Shown one piece after another: positions 55,093-64,000 of a stretch of DNA of 64,000 nucleotides. The notes under the pieces were generated by a model that worked only from the letters and a program-made list of their open reading frames with translations, made no database searches and was not told where the DNA came from. Every line of letters begins with the position of its first letter. The first letter of the stretch is position 1. Source of the DNA: Chloroflexia bacterium (GTDB lineage: Bacteria; Chloroflexota; Chloroflexia; Chloroheliales; Chloroheliaceae); the NCBI GenBank assembly GCA_038323095.1, contig JBBQGP010000002.1:12678-76677 (forward strand), given 5' to 3'. Position numbers and translations under genes: made by a program.

Positions 55093-56787
55093 ATGGCAGA
55101 CACCAACGAAACTAAAGGCCGCCTGAAAATTCGGAGCGGTATGACTACTGACGGTATCGAACGCACTCCCAATCGCTCTATGTTGCGGGCGGTGGGCTTC
55201 ACCGACGAGGATTTTGAGAAACCGATGATAGGGGTAGCCAGTACCTGGGCCGAAATTACCCCTTGCAACATCCACATTAACAAATTGGCCGAGAAAGCCA
55301 AAGAAGGGGTGCGGGTAGCGGGCGGCGTTCCGCAAATTTTCAATACAATCACGGTCAGTGATGGTATTTCGATGGGCCACGAAGGAATGAAATTTTCTTT
55401 GCCCAGCCGTGAATTAATCGCCGATTCAATTGAATTAGTGACTCAGGCCATGCGTTATGATGGAGTGGTAGCTATCGGCGGCTGTGACAAAAATATGCCC
55501 GGCTGTTTGATGGCTTTAGCCCGCCTCAATATTCCCAGCCTTTTCGTTTACGGCGGTACAATCTTGCCGGGAAATTGCGCCGGACGCGACATAGATATTG
55601 TCAGCGTTTTTGAAGCGGTTGGGCAATACAGTGCGGGCCAAATTACCCTTGAGGAATTGCACGAAATCGAAACTAAAGCGATACCGGGAGCAGGCTCGTG
55701 TGGCGGCATGTATACCGCTAATACAATGGCTTCGGCTATCGAAGCTTTGGGAATGGCCTTGCCCGGTGGCTCATCCATGCCCGCCGTGACTGCCCGCAAA
55801 ATGGAAGATTGCTATATGGCTGGTCAGGCCGTTGTTCGCCTTATCGAAAAAGGGATTTACCCTAAAGATATTTTGACCAAGCAAGCTTTCGAGAACGCTA
55901 TCCGGGTGGTGCTGGTGTTGGGCGGCTCGACTAACGCCGTATTACATCTGATTGCGATTGCCCGTCAGATTGACGTAGATTTGACTATCGAAGATTTCGA
56001 GCGTATTAGCAAAACTACGCCCCATTTGGCCGACCTCAAACCGGGCGGCAAGTACGTTATGTACGATTTGGACAAAATCGGCGGGACACAGGGTGTAATG
56101 AAAATGCTGCTGGAGGCTGGTTATCTTCACGGCGACGCAATGACCGTGACCGGGCAAACCCTGGCCGAAAATCTGAAATATGCCCCATCGCTGGTCGAAG
56201 GCCAAACGATTGTCCGTCCCTTTAGCAATCCGCTGCACGCTTCCGGCCCGCTGGTGATTTTGCGGGGTAATCTTGCCCCCGAAGGCGCGGTTTGCAAAAT
56301 TGCCGGACTAACTGTAACTCAGCTTCGTGGCCCGGCCCGCGTTTTTGATGGCGAAGAAGCCACTTTCAAGGCGATTATGGACGGGGTAATTCAGCCGGGC
56401 GAAGTTGTGGTTATCCGCTACGAAGGGCCAAAGGGCGGGCCAGGTATGCGCGAAATGCTGGCGGTAACTTCGGCTTTGGTCGGCAAGGGTTTGGGCGAAT
56501 CGGTAGGCTTGATTACCGATGGCCGCTTTTCGGGCGGTACTCATGGGCTGGTCGTCGGCCATATCGCGCCGGAAGCCCAGGTTGGCGGGCCACTCGCTGC
56601 CGTCCGGGATGGCGATATAGTTTTGATTGATGGCGAGAACGGAAAGCTCGAAGTCGAACTAAGCGAGGCTCAATTCGCCGAACGAATGAAAGATTGGCAA
56701 GCTCCCGCCGCAACTTATACCCGTGGTGTATTGGCGAAATATAGCAAACTGGCTAACTCGGCTTCGCTGGGCGCAACTACCGATTAG
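55093..56787 (+). CDS. ilvD: Dihydroxy-acid dehydratase
   Basis: Full-length IlvD/Edd: [49 protein letters not shown]. Confidence 0.95.
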   Translation: MADTNETKGRLKIRSGMTTDGIERTPNRSMLRAVGFTDEDFEKPMIGVASTWAEITPCNIHINKLAEKAKEGVRVAGGVPQIFNTITVSDGISMGHEGMKFSLPSRELIADSIELVTQAMRYDGVVAIGGCDKNMPGCLMALARLNIPSLFVYGGTILPGNCAGRDIDIVSVFEAVGQYSAGQITLEELHEIETKAIPGAGSCGGMYTANTMASAIEALGMALPGGSSMPAVTARKMEDCYMAGQAVVRLIEKGIYPKDILTKQAFENAIRVVLVLGGSTNAVLHLIAIARQIDVDLTIEDFERISKTTPHLADLKPGGKYVMYDLDKIGGTQGVMKMLLEAGYLHGDAMTVTGQTLAENLKYAPSLVEGQTIVRPFSNPLHASGPLVILRGNLAPEGAVCKIAGLTVTQLRGPARVFDGEEATFKAIMDGVIQPGEVVVIRYEGPKGGPGMREMLAVTSALVGKGLGESVGLITDGRFSGGTHGLVVGHIAPEAQVGGPLAAVRDGDIVLIDGENGKLEVELSEAQFAERMKDWQAPAATYTRGVLAKYSKLANSASLGATTD

Positions 56788-56792
56788 GGGGA

Positions 56793-56813
56793 AAGTCGGA
56801 AGTATAAAGTCGG
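56793..56813 (+). repeat. Second copy of the AAGTCGG-AAGTATA-AAGTCGG heptamer triplet
   Basis: 20/21 identical to 52387-52407. Begins 6 nt after the ilvD stop codon. Confidence 0.7.
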
Positions 56814-56916
56814 AAGAGCAGAACGGGCGAAACTGTAAGAGGGATTGGAAATCTCTCCTGCACTAGCCTGATTGAGCCGTTACACCCGTTTTGTCGTTAA
56901 ATAAGGATATTTTAAA

Positions 56917-57726
56917 ATGAGTAACGAAGCGACAACGAAGCCGCCGGTAATTGGGCGCGTCACTACCGAACGGCAAGGGCGCGTTTTTTTGATGGGGCTG
57001 GATAGAACGCCCAAGCTTAATGCCTTTGATTTACCCATGATGGAGGCTTTAGCTCAAGCTTATGGTGAATACGAGCAGGACGCGGATTTATGGTGTGCCG
57101 TTTTGTTCGGGCATGGCAATCATTTCACCAGTGGTCTGGATTTGACTCAACACGTCGAGCGGTTGCGGGAAGGGGGAGAAAGTTATTCTCCCGGCGCGAT
57201 AGACCCGTTTGGGCTAGGCAAGACCCGCCTTTCCAAACCGTTAATCTGTGCGGTACAGGGTTACTGCTATACTGCCGGAATTGAAATTATGCTGGCAAGC
57301 GATATTCATATTGCCGCCGCTAACACTCGTTTTGCCCAAATTGAAATCAAGCGGGGAATTTACCCTTCGGGCGGAGCGACTATCCGAATGGTGCAGCAAG
57401 CTGGCTGGGGTAATGCTATGCGCTATCTTTTGACGGGGGATGAGTTTGGGGCGGAAGAAGCTTACCAGATTGGGTTGGTTCAGGAAGTAGTCGAGCCGGG
57501 TCAACAGCTAAACCGCGCCCTCGAAATTGCCAATCTTATTGCGGCTCAAGCTCCACTAGGCGTAAAAGCCACCCTTAAATCAGCCCGCCTTGCCATCACA
57601 GATGGTCAAGAGGAAGCGATTCGCCAGCTTCGTCCTGACCAAACCCAACTAATGCAAACCGAAGATGCCAAAGAAGGGGTGCAAGCTTTTATTGAACGTC
57701 GGGTCGGAATGTGGCGAGGAAGATAA
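56917..57726 (+). CDS. Enoyl-CoA hydratase/isomerase (crotonase) family protein
   Basis: Crotonase fold blocks FTSGLDL, ICAVQGYCYTAGIEIMLASDI, EIKRGIYPSGG, EGVQAFIERR. Confidence 0.85.
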   Translation: MSNEATTKPPVIGRVTTERQGRVFLMGLDRTPKLNAFDLPMMEALAQAYGEYEQDADLWCAVLFGHGNHFTSGLDLTQHVERLREGGESYSPGAIDPFGLGKTRLSKPLICAVQGYCYTAGIEIMLASDIHIAAANTRFAQIEIKRGIYPSGGATIRMVQQAGWGNAMRYLLTGDEFGAEEAYQIGLVQEVVEPGQQLNRALEIANLIAAQAPLGVKATLKSARLAITDGQEEAIRQLRPDQTQLMQTEDAKEGVQAFIERRVGMWRGR

Positions 57727-57903
57727 GGCAGTTAGTAATTTTCATATTATATTTGACGCAATGGTTGCGCTCGTTGGCACGCAAATTGCTAAAAAATATA
57801 GTGAAAAAGCAATTATAACTTTTTCTTTCCTCTTAACAACAACGGATGGTTTTAAACATCCAGGTTTTACCCCTCTTATGTACTCTCCAATGAAATTAAA
57901 GTA

Positions 57904-57969
57904 GGCGAGGTTCGCTCCCTCGCCGCTTTTATTTTATACAGGAAAGCTTTCGTTAAAATAAAAGCGGCG
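57904..57969. terminator. Nested hairpins between convergent genes (bidirectional terminator candidate)
   Basis: ggcgagg/cctcgcc (57904-57924) followed by gcttttatttt. Overlapping perfect 15-bp inverted repeat cgccgcttttatttt (57921-57935) / aaaataaaagcggcg (57955-57969). Confidence 0.65.
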
Positions 57970-58011
57970 GAGAAATTTTCTCATACCGCTTTTAGAGGCT
58001 CAACAGGGTTT

Positions 58012-58803
58012 TTATTCTGCTGCCGCTTTTGGCTTGCGAGAACGAGCAGGGCGTTTGGAAGTAACTGGTGCTTCGGTGGCGGAGTCAGAAGCAGCTTCGC
58101 TAAATTCAGGCGAACCGGGCAAAACAAGTTCCGATTGGCTTAGGCTGGCTTCTTCGGTTGGGCTGGCGTTGGTGATAATTTCTGGGGAAGCTGAAACCAA
58201 ATCCAAAGCTGGGGCAGGAGCGGGCGCGGGTGCAAAATTGGATAAATTGTTAAGGGCGGTCAGCAATTGATTGATTTGCCCTTCCAAATTAGTCAGGCGA
58301 TTAGAAACCATTGCCAGTTCCTCACGAGTTGGCAAAGCGGCCAGACGAGTTTCCAGATTTTCCAGTTTGCTTATAACTGTCTCGCTTACGTCCGGGTGAG
58401 CGTCCTGCTTATCGAGCAGACTTTCTTCCAGATTATCTACTTTGGCATCCAGCGCGACGATTTGACGGGCTACCGAAGTCAAATCTTCCCGGCTGGGAAT
58501 AGCGGCGGCATCCAGATAAGCTTTGGCGGCTTTGCGTACTGCCAGCCGGTAATTTGCCATTGTTCCCGCCGAACGTCCTAAAGTTTGAGCAAATTCGGGG
58601 GTGGCGGTTAGCTGCTTCATAAATTGTCCCCATGCTTGCTCATTGCGGTCAGCCAGGGTTTTCCATAGCTCTAGCGGGTCGGCGGGATTAGGCAAGTTTT
58701 GGGGAAGGGCGGTTGCCATCGCCTGAGTCGGTAGGGCTATCAAGCGGTTCATCCAGCCCAAAAAATCGGCTGGCCCTGGAATATCGTTCGGTTTGTCACT
58801 CAT
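58012..58803 (-). CDS. Phasin/PhaE-like coiled-coil protein with Ala-Pro and acidic tail
   Basis: Two copies of the granule-protein-like motif (IPSREDLTSVARQIVALDAKVDNLE and LPTREELAMVSNRLTNLEGQINQL). The family call is tentative. Confidence 0.5.
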   Translation of the reverse strand: MSDKPNDIPGPADFLGWMNRLIALPTQAMATALPQNLPNPADPLELWKTLADRNEQAWGQFMKQLTATPEFAQTLGRSAGTMANYRLAVRKAAKAYLDAAAIPSREDLTSVARQIVALDAKVDNLEESLLDKQDAHPDVSETVISKLENLETRLAALPTREELAMVSNRLTNLEGQINQLLTALNNLSNFAPAPAPAPALDLVSASPEIITNASPTEEASLSQSELVLPGSPEFSEAASDSATEAPVTSKRPARSRKPKAAAE

Positions 58804-58859
58804 CCTTTTTTACCCTCTCAAGAAATTTTATTTTTGTAATTGCTCATAAGCTAATTATA

Positions 58860-59732
58860 TTACATTCCAGCCCGTGAATAAACCGAAGTGGCACGGGCAA
58901 AATGATAATCCAGAAAGTCCAGAACCAAACGGTTGATAGTTTCCGGGTCTTCGCTTGGCAGAAAATGACCACGTCCCGGCACAATCGCCAATTCTGCTCG
59001 TGGGATACGCCGAGCCAAAATCCGGGAGTTTTCGGGCCTGACCAGCACATCCGCCCCACCTGTAAAGACCAGTGTCGGTATCGCCAGCAAATCCAGTTGG
59101 TCATAAGTATTGTGGGCGGCAACCGCAGCAAGCTGGCGGCGATAAGCGTAAGCCGGAGTGGGATAAGTCAGGCGGATTTTGGCATCGGCAGCGATTTGCT
59201 CCGGGTAATCACGCCGGAATTCTTCACTGTACAAAATCGGGATAATCATATCGGTAGCTTCTTTCCAGCGAACCAAACCGCGCTGTACCATCAGCAACCC
59301 AACATAAGGCGAAGAAGCATAATGGTGCCAGGCTCCGGCAGTGCTTGCTCCTAAAACTAGCCCTTTTACCCTTTGCGGGTAGTTCAAAGCCACTTCCTGC
59401 GCTATCAGGCTACCCATCGAATAGCCGAAAACGTGCGCCCGCCGCACTCCTGCCGCGTCCAGCACTGCGACTGCATCCGCCGCCATCTGCTTGATACTAT
59501 AGGGCGCGTCAGGCTTGGAGCTGCGACCCGTCCCCCGGTTGTCGAAAACAATCACCGTCCGGCTGGAATTAAGGCCCGGAATATTTTTGTACCAGCTAAG
59601 GCTATTCAAGCCCAGCCCCATTATCATCAACAAAGGGGTGTGGTCACTTGAAATGGGCCAATTCGGGTCGCGCCCAGTGGCGGGATGCACTTCGTAATAA
59701 ATTTCGATGCCGTTGGCCTGAGTTATGGGCAT
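58860..59732 (-). CDS. Alpha/beta-fold hydrolase (serine nucleophile)
   Basis: Oxyanion MIMGLG, nucleophile elbow GYSMGS, C-terminal GRGHFLPSEDP histidine motif. Confidence 0.8.
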   Translation of the reverse strand: MPITQANGIEIYYEVHPATGRDPNWPISSDHTPLLMIMGLGLNSLSWYKNIPGLNSSRTVIVFDNRGTGRSSKPDAPYSIKQMAADAVAVLDAAGVRRAHVFGYSMGSLIAQEVALNYPQRVKGLVLGASTAGAWHHYASSPYVGLLMVQRGLVRWKEATDMIIPILYSEEFRRDYPEQIAADAKIRLTYPTPAYAYRRQLAAVAAHNTYDQLDLLAIPTLVFTGGADVLVRPENSRILARRIPRAELAIVPGRGHFLPSEDPETINRLVLDFLDYHFARATSVYSRAGM

Positions 59733-59829
59733 TTTCTACCTCCTGACTGTCAATTGCAATTAACAAGGCGTGATTTTTGCTAAAGCTACTTCGATATTAT
59801 AGTCAAGCAAATTATAGACCAAAAAGGGC

Positions 59830-59857
59830 TTGACAGAATGTAACTTAGGTGTAGAAT
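59830..59857 (+). promoter_or_regulatory. Candidate sigma70-type promoter
   Basis: TTGACA (59830-59835), 16 bp, TAGAAT (59852-59857), 40 nt upstream of ATG 59897. Confidence 0.5.
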
Positions 59858-59896
59858 ACACATAGATATTATCAATGAATAAGAAAAGAGGAAATC

Positions 59897-60208
59897 ATGT
59901 TGGAAGAAAATCAGGCGGCAGTTGCAGATACTACCTTAAACCAAAATAGCGTGAATAATTATCAGGCTTATAACCCGGCCCGTGAAAACCCATTAGAGAA
60001 AATGCTAATTAAGGGCGATTATGCCTGGCTCTGGAATCAATATGTAAAAGGAATTATCCGCTTTCAGGAAAATTTGACCCAAATCAATCAGGGAATTTTA
60101 CGCTTTTATGGTTTGCCAACTCGTGAAGAACTGCGCCGGGTTAATATCCAGCTTTTTGACTTAAATAATCGTTTAGATGAAATCGAAACCCGGCTGGATA
60201 ACAAATAG
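59897..60208 (+). CDS. Small phasin-like coiled-coil protein (103 aa)
   Basis: AGAGGAAA RBS. C-terminal LPTREELRRVNIQLFDLNNRLDEIETRL is the same motif seen in 58012-58803. Confidence 0.5.
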   Translation: MLEENQAAVADTTLNQNSVNNYQAYNPARENPLEKMLIKGDYAWLWNQYVKGIIRFQENLTQINQGILRFYGLPTREELRRVNIQLFDLNNRLDEIETRLDNK

Positions 60209-60304
60209 ATTCGATATGAGAACCTGCTGATTAGCACTGTGATTGTGAGTAGTGCGACCAAAAAAGATTTCTCGCAATTCAGGAAAATGTCTGACCATCA
60301 ATCG

Positions 60305-60561
60305 CCCTGAAATGAATTTCGGGCTAAGTTATGGGAAGCTGGTTCAAACCAACTCTAAAATTTGGCCCTTACTTGATTAAAATTTATCCAGGAGGTCAAT
60401 GGGCAGAGCCACATGCTACAAGATGCCCTTATCCCTGTAGGATGCTGCTCTGCCCATTGACTTTGCCCAACCTCACTTGAGAGGAACTCTCAGTTAATTT
60501 CGGCACTGCCCACCTTCAGCGAACCAATTTGCAGTAGTTTAGCCCGAAATTTATTTCAGGG
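60305..60561. mobile_element. MITE-like 257-bp non-coding element with 23-bp terminal inverted repeats
   Basis: ccctgaaatgaatttcgggctaa (60305-60327) against ttagcccgaaatttatttcaggg (60539-60561), 22/23 complementary. Contains the REP-like palindrome copy B. No ORF. Confidence 0.4.
60396..60460. repeat. REP-like imperfect palindrome, copy B (25-nt arms, 15-nt loop)
   Basis: tcaatgggcagagccacatgctaca / tgtaggatgctgctctgcccattga, 22/25 pairing. The arm sequences match copy A (6852-6915) in inverted orientation. Confidence 0.6.
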
Positions 60562-60587
60562 CCAGATTACCACTAATCTAGCCATAT

Positions 60588-61499
60588 CTAACCCTGTGTT
60601 TCCAGATTTAGCCTGTCCCAATGCCCCAAACTAGCGGCAGCCTCGTAAGTGCTTTGGGCAAAATCCAGCAAAAGCTGGTCAGGGTTTTCGCCAGAACGTA
60701 CATCATCATAGAGCAAGAAAAACTCGGACTTTTCCGGGCTGTAAAAAGCTTTTTCCGGGCGAACAGTAGCCGCTTTTAGCCCTTCGGGTTCAGGAGCGGC
60801 GTAGGCATAAAAAGAGGGCTTGGGAAACTCGGCGTTACCGGGCCAAAAACCTACGCTAAATACTTCGTGTGAATAAGCCTCACGGGTAATAGAGTCTGCT
60901 CCTTCACGTTCGGGAGCGCGTTTGCCCGAAAAGCGGGTTACGGCCAAATCAAAACTACCCCAAAAGAAGTGAACCGGGCTGCTTTTGCCAATAAAACCGC
61001 CTCGAAATATTTTTAGTACCCTGTCGGCTTGTACCAGTAGTCGCCAAAAGCGATTGACATATTCCGGGTCATAAGATTTATGGTCCTGGTCTTCATCGCA
61101 AGGAATGGCGTTCAGAATTTCACTTGGTAAAGTGTTAATTTCTACCTCTATGTTTAGTGATTTCAGGATTGCCATAAATTCGCGATAAAAATCGGCTACC
61201 GAGCGGGGAATTAGCGGCAAATAGCGGGTAGCTCCGTCGCTGGTTTGTACAGTTAGAACATGGTCTATAAAATCAAAATTAACTTCAAAAATGCGATTTT
61301 GATAAGTTATAGGCGAAGTAGTAAGACCACGCGAATTTATATAGAATGGTACTTGCCACCAATGGTTTTGGTAGGGGCTTAGTTCAAGCCGTACCTTGCC
61401 AACTACCTGCATCCAAAGGTGTAAAGTTTCGCAAGTGTCTTGCCATTCCTCGAAAGGCAAAGTCGGCCAGATTTCAGTCGGAGTTGAGATATTGCTCAT
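60588..61499 (-). CDS. Conserved hypothetical protein (DUF5996-like)
   Basis: 303 aa. The N-terminal WPTLPFEEWQDTCETLHLWMQVVGKVRL...NHWWQVPFYINSRGLTT resembles DUF5996. The family name is from memory only. Confidence 0.6.
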   Translation of the reverse strand: MSNISTPTEIWPTLPFEEWQDTCETLHLWMQVVGKVRLELSPYQNHWWQVPFYINSRGLTTSPITYQNRIFEVNFDFIDHVLTVQTSDGATRYLPLIPRSVADFYREFMAILKSLNIEVEINTLPSEILNAIPCDEDQDHKSYDPEYVNRFWRLLVQADRVLKIFRGGFIGKSSPVHFFWGSFDLAVTRFSGKRAPEREGADSITREAYSHEVFSVGFWPGNAEFPKPSFYAYAAPEPEGLKAATVRPEKAFYSPEKSEFFLLYDDVRSGENPDQLLLDFAQSTYEAAASLGHWDRLNLETQG

Positions 61500-61554
61500 T
61501 AGCTTTTTTCTCCTTGTTCGTTTTATTTTAGCCTGTTTAAACAGAACTTGAATT

Positions 61555-63987
61555 TTAGCTCAAATCGCCTTCGACGTTCCAGAGTTGAGCCACTTTTTTT
61601 GCTAACAAAGCGTGTTCAGGATGGGATAAATCCGGGTCAATTTCAAAAAGTGCGCTGGCTTCGGTGCGGGCTAGTTCCAGCAAACCCGTGTCGTTCACGC
61701 CCGCTACCCGCAAATCTGGCACACCGCTTTGGCGTGTCCCAAAAAATTCACCCGGCCCGCGCAATTTTAAATCGGCTTCGGCCAGCACAAAGCCATTATT
61801 GGTATCCTCGATAATTTTGAGCCGCTTTTGGCCTTCCTCGCTCAAATCGTCAGTTGCCAGCAGCAGGCAAAAGCTCTGGTCTTGACCACGCCCGACCCGA
61901 CCACGAAATTGGTGCAATTGAGCCAGGCCAAAACGGTCAGCTCCTTCTATCATAATCACGCTGGCATTGGGAATATCTATACCTACTTCAATCACCGAAG
62001 TTGACACCAGAATATCGTATTTTCGGTCACGGAAATCGGCCATAATTGCGTCTTTTTCGGCGGGTTTCATTCGCCCATGCAAAAGACCCAACTTTAAGTC
62101 GGGATAAACTTCTTTTTGTAAATGGGCGTGTTCTTCTACCGCCGCTTTTGCCTCAATTTTCTCCGATTCTTCCACGAGCGGGCAAATGACAAAAGCTTGC
62201 CGCCCTTTCTCGATTTCCTTACGGATGAAATTATAGGCTTTATAGCGGTCTGGCGGCATTACCCACTTGGTTTTAATCGGCATCCGGCCTGGCGGCATCT
62301 GCTCGATTACCGACAAATCCAAATCGCCGTAAATCGTCAGGGCCAAACTGCGCGGGATAGGGGTAGCGGTCATGCTCAAAACGTGCGGGTTGGTAGTGTC
62401 GCCCTTGTCTTTAAGGGTCGAACGTTGCATAACCCCGAAGCGGTGCTGTTCGTCGGTAATTACCAGCCCCAGCCGATTAAATTCTACCCCTTCCTGAATC
62501 AAAGCTTGCGTCCCGATAATAATTTCAACCTCGCCATTGCTGATTTGTCGGTAAATCGGCTCTTTTTTCTTGACGTTCCCGGTCAACAAAGTCACCCGAA
62601 TATTCAAGCCACGTCGCTTAACCGCTTCGGTTTCAGCAAAAGAAGTAAAAAGCCGGGAAAGCCCCTGATAATGCTGCTCGGCCAAAATTTGGGTCGGGGC
62701 CATGAGCGTACCCTGAAAGCCCGCCGAAACCGCCATCAAAAGGGCGGTAGCCGCCACCATTGTTTTGCCGCTACCGACATCGCCCTGTACCATCCGGCGC
62801 ATCGGGCGGTCTTTGCCCAAATCGGCCAGCACATCGTAAATCGCCTTGCGCTGGTCATCGGTAAGCTGAAAAGGCTTTTGCGGGTCTTTGGTCATAAGAT
62901 TGGTAAGATGATTGTACCATTCGTTCAAAAGGCCGGGGTCGGCTTTAATCGGGGCGGCGTGGCGTTCGTCCTGCCATTCCTTGCGCTTCATTAAAACGCC
63001 AAGCTGAATCAGGAAAAATTCATCAAAAGCCAAACGCTTACGGGCCGCTTTTTGCGAATCTTCGTTGTCCGGGAAATGATATTGCTCAACCGCCGTAATT
63101 ATGTCAACTAAATTATTACGGGTTTGAATTGGCTCAGGCAAATGTTCGGGCAAATAAGCGGCATATTGGTCAACACAAGCTTTGATATGGCGGCGCAAAG
63201 TATGCAATTTCACCGGGTCAGAAGTATGGTAAACCGGCACGAGCCGCCCGGTATTGGTTTTTTCTTTTTCGGCTGGTTCAAAGGTCGGCGATTTGAGGCA
63301 AATTTGCCCGCCCCATTGCTCGACCTTACCACTTAATCTAACCCGTGTTCCCGGCTTTAGTCCATAAGTCATTTTGCGATTAAAGAACAAACATTTGAGC
63401 ATCCCGGTTTCGTCCGAAACTACTACTTCGATTAGTTCCTTGCCGCCTCTGGTACGCACTCCGGCCACATCAATTACTTTGGCCTCCACGCTTTCGGTTT
63501 GCCCGTACATCAGCTCGCTTATTTTCTTCATCGAGCTATAATCTTCGTGCCGGAACGGGAAATAATACAGGGCATCGTGAACCGTTCTTAACGGGATAAA
63601 TTCCAAAAGTTTGGCATAAGTTGGCCCAATGCCCTTGACCTTTTCAAGCGGCATCCCCAAATCAACTTTTTCGCCTGCTACGGGCTTTTTACGAAGGGTA
63701 GTAGCCACTTGACGAGTGGGGGCAGGGGCAGAGTCGGGCGCGGCTGTTGGGGCAGAGCGCAGGGGCAAGGCCGCCATTGTTTTTGTTTCATCAGGGCGGG
63801 AAGCCACCGCACGAGCCGGATTTGGGGCAGTTTTAGCCGTGCCTACCGTCGCGGACGGGCGCGATACAGGCGCGGCGATTTTACCCGGCAGGGAAACTTC
63901 GGCCAAAATTTCCTGAATGTAGCGTTCGCGGGCAGATTGCGAAAGGCTGGCGTAATCCATTAAGCGTTGGGAAACCAGTTCAATCAA
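61555..63987 (-). CDS. recG: ATP-dependent DNA helicase RecG with ~120-aa low-complexity N-terminal extension
   Basis: Wedge/OB domain, Walker A GDVGSGKT, DEQHRFG, later helicase motifs (TATPIPR, QLHQFRGRVGRG), TRG-like C-terminus. The frame stays open to the window edge at 64000, so the start (TTG 63987, ATG 63960 or beyond) is unresolved. Confidence 0.9.
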   Translation of the reverse strand: MIELVSQRLMDYASLSQSARERYIQEILAEVSLPGKIAAPVSRPSATVGTAKTAPNPARAVASRPDETKTMAALPLRSAPTAAPDSAPAPTRQVATTLRKKPVAGEKVDLGMPLEKVKGIGPTYAKLLEFIPLRTVHDALYYFPFRHEDYSSMKKISELMYGQTESVEAKVIDVAGVRTRGGKELIEVVVSDETGMLKCLFFNRKMTYGLKPGTRVRLSGKVEQWGGQICLKSPTFEPAEKEKTNTGRLVPVYHTSDPVKLHTLRRHIKACVDQYAAYLPEHLPEPIQTRNNLVDIITAVEQYHFPDNEDSQKAARKRLAFDEFFLIQLGVLMKRKEWQDERHAAPIKADPGLLNEWYNHLTNLMTKDPQKPFQLTDDQRKAIYDVLADLGKDRPMRRMVQGDVGSGKTMVAATALLMAVSAGFQGTLMAPTQILAEQHYQGLSRLFTSFAETEAVKRRGLNIRVTLLTGNVKKKEPIYRQISNGEVEIIIGTQALIQEGVEFNRLGLVITDEQHRFGVMQRSTLKDKGDTTNPHVLSMTATPIPRSLALTIYGDLDLSVIEQMPPGRMPIKTKWVMPPDRYKAYNFIRKEIEKGRQAFVICPLVEESEKIEAKAAVEEHAHLQKEVYPDLKLGLLHGRMKPAEKDAIMADFRDRKYDILVSTSVIEVGIDIPNASVIMIEGADRFGLAQLHQFRGRVGRGQDQSFCLLLATDDLSEEGQKRLKIIEDTNNGFVLAEADLKLRGPGEFFGTRQSGVPDLRVAGVNDTGLLELARTEASALFEIDPDLSHPEHALLAKKVAQLWNVEGDLS

Positions 63988-64000
63988 GCGGGCTTCGTCG

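Noticed and set aside
60330-60350. tRNA-like T-arm string ggttcaaacc
   Set aside because: No acceptor stem, D-arm or anticodon arm can be drawn around it. It lies inside the MITE-like element.
62122-62994. 290-aa plus-strand ORF
   Set aside because: It is antisense to the helicase core of recG. It has basic low-complexity composition and no RBS.
1-64000. Search for transposase, integrase, phage, toxin-antitoxin, CRISPR-Cas or other defence genes
   Set aside because: None of the ORFs shows DDE, tyrosine/serine recombinase, Cas or typical defence-system motifs. The only mobile-element-like sequences are the small non-coding palindromic elements reported above.

Overview
Gene-dense 64-kb chromosomal window with about 50 protein-coding genes. 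By eye I found no rRNA, tRNA, CRISPR array, transposase or integrase. The host looks like a monoderm, Chloroflexota-like (or deep actinobacterial-like) bacterium. Supporting features are lipobox lipoproteins followed by long Thr/Ala/Pro tethers, an LCP ligase, an MshD-type mycothiol synthase, and AT-rich intergenic DNA carrying near-consensus sigma70 promoters. Recognisable housekeeping genes are phnE/phnD, a CCA-adding enzyme, a class-III-type Zn alcohol dehydrogenase, an aldo/keto reductase, galE, modABC, topA, ilvD, a crotonase and recG. The standout is 16.4-32.1 kb, a co-directional exopolysaccharide locus. It contains two GH114 (endo-alpha-1,4-polygalactosaminidase-type) proteins, a Spherulin4/Sph3 (GH135)-like protein, and a secreted DD...HxxxH esterase-like protein (Agd3-like hypothesis). 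It also contains a PelF-type GT4 fused to a ~420-aa polytopic membrane domain, a Tat-exported DMFase-large-subunit-like protein, and a nucleotide-sugar dehydrogenase/decarboxylase pair. This gene set resembles the fungal galactosaminogalactan cluster more than the canonical bacterial pelABCDEFG operon. The locus is preceded by ~1 kb of AT-rich non-coding DNA holding six degenerate ~38-bp tandem repeats. Other notable items: (1) a cell-wall remodelling operon encoding a membrane protein, a TPR-TM-M23 peptidase and a GH18; (2) a GT9-LCP-GT-C envelope operon whose GT-C gene carries an 84-nt heptanucleotide repeat tract; (3) a REP-like palindrome present at two convergent gene junctions, one copy nested in a 257-bp MITE-like element; (4) a phasin-like/alpha-beta-hydrolase module. 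All family assignments rest on motif recognition by eye. No database search was possible.
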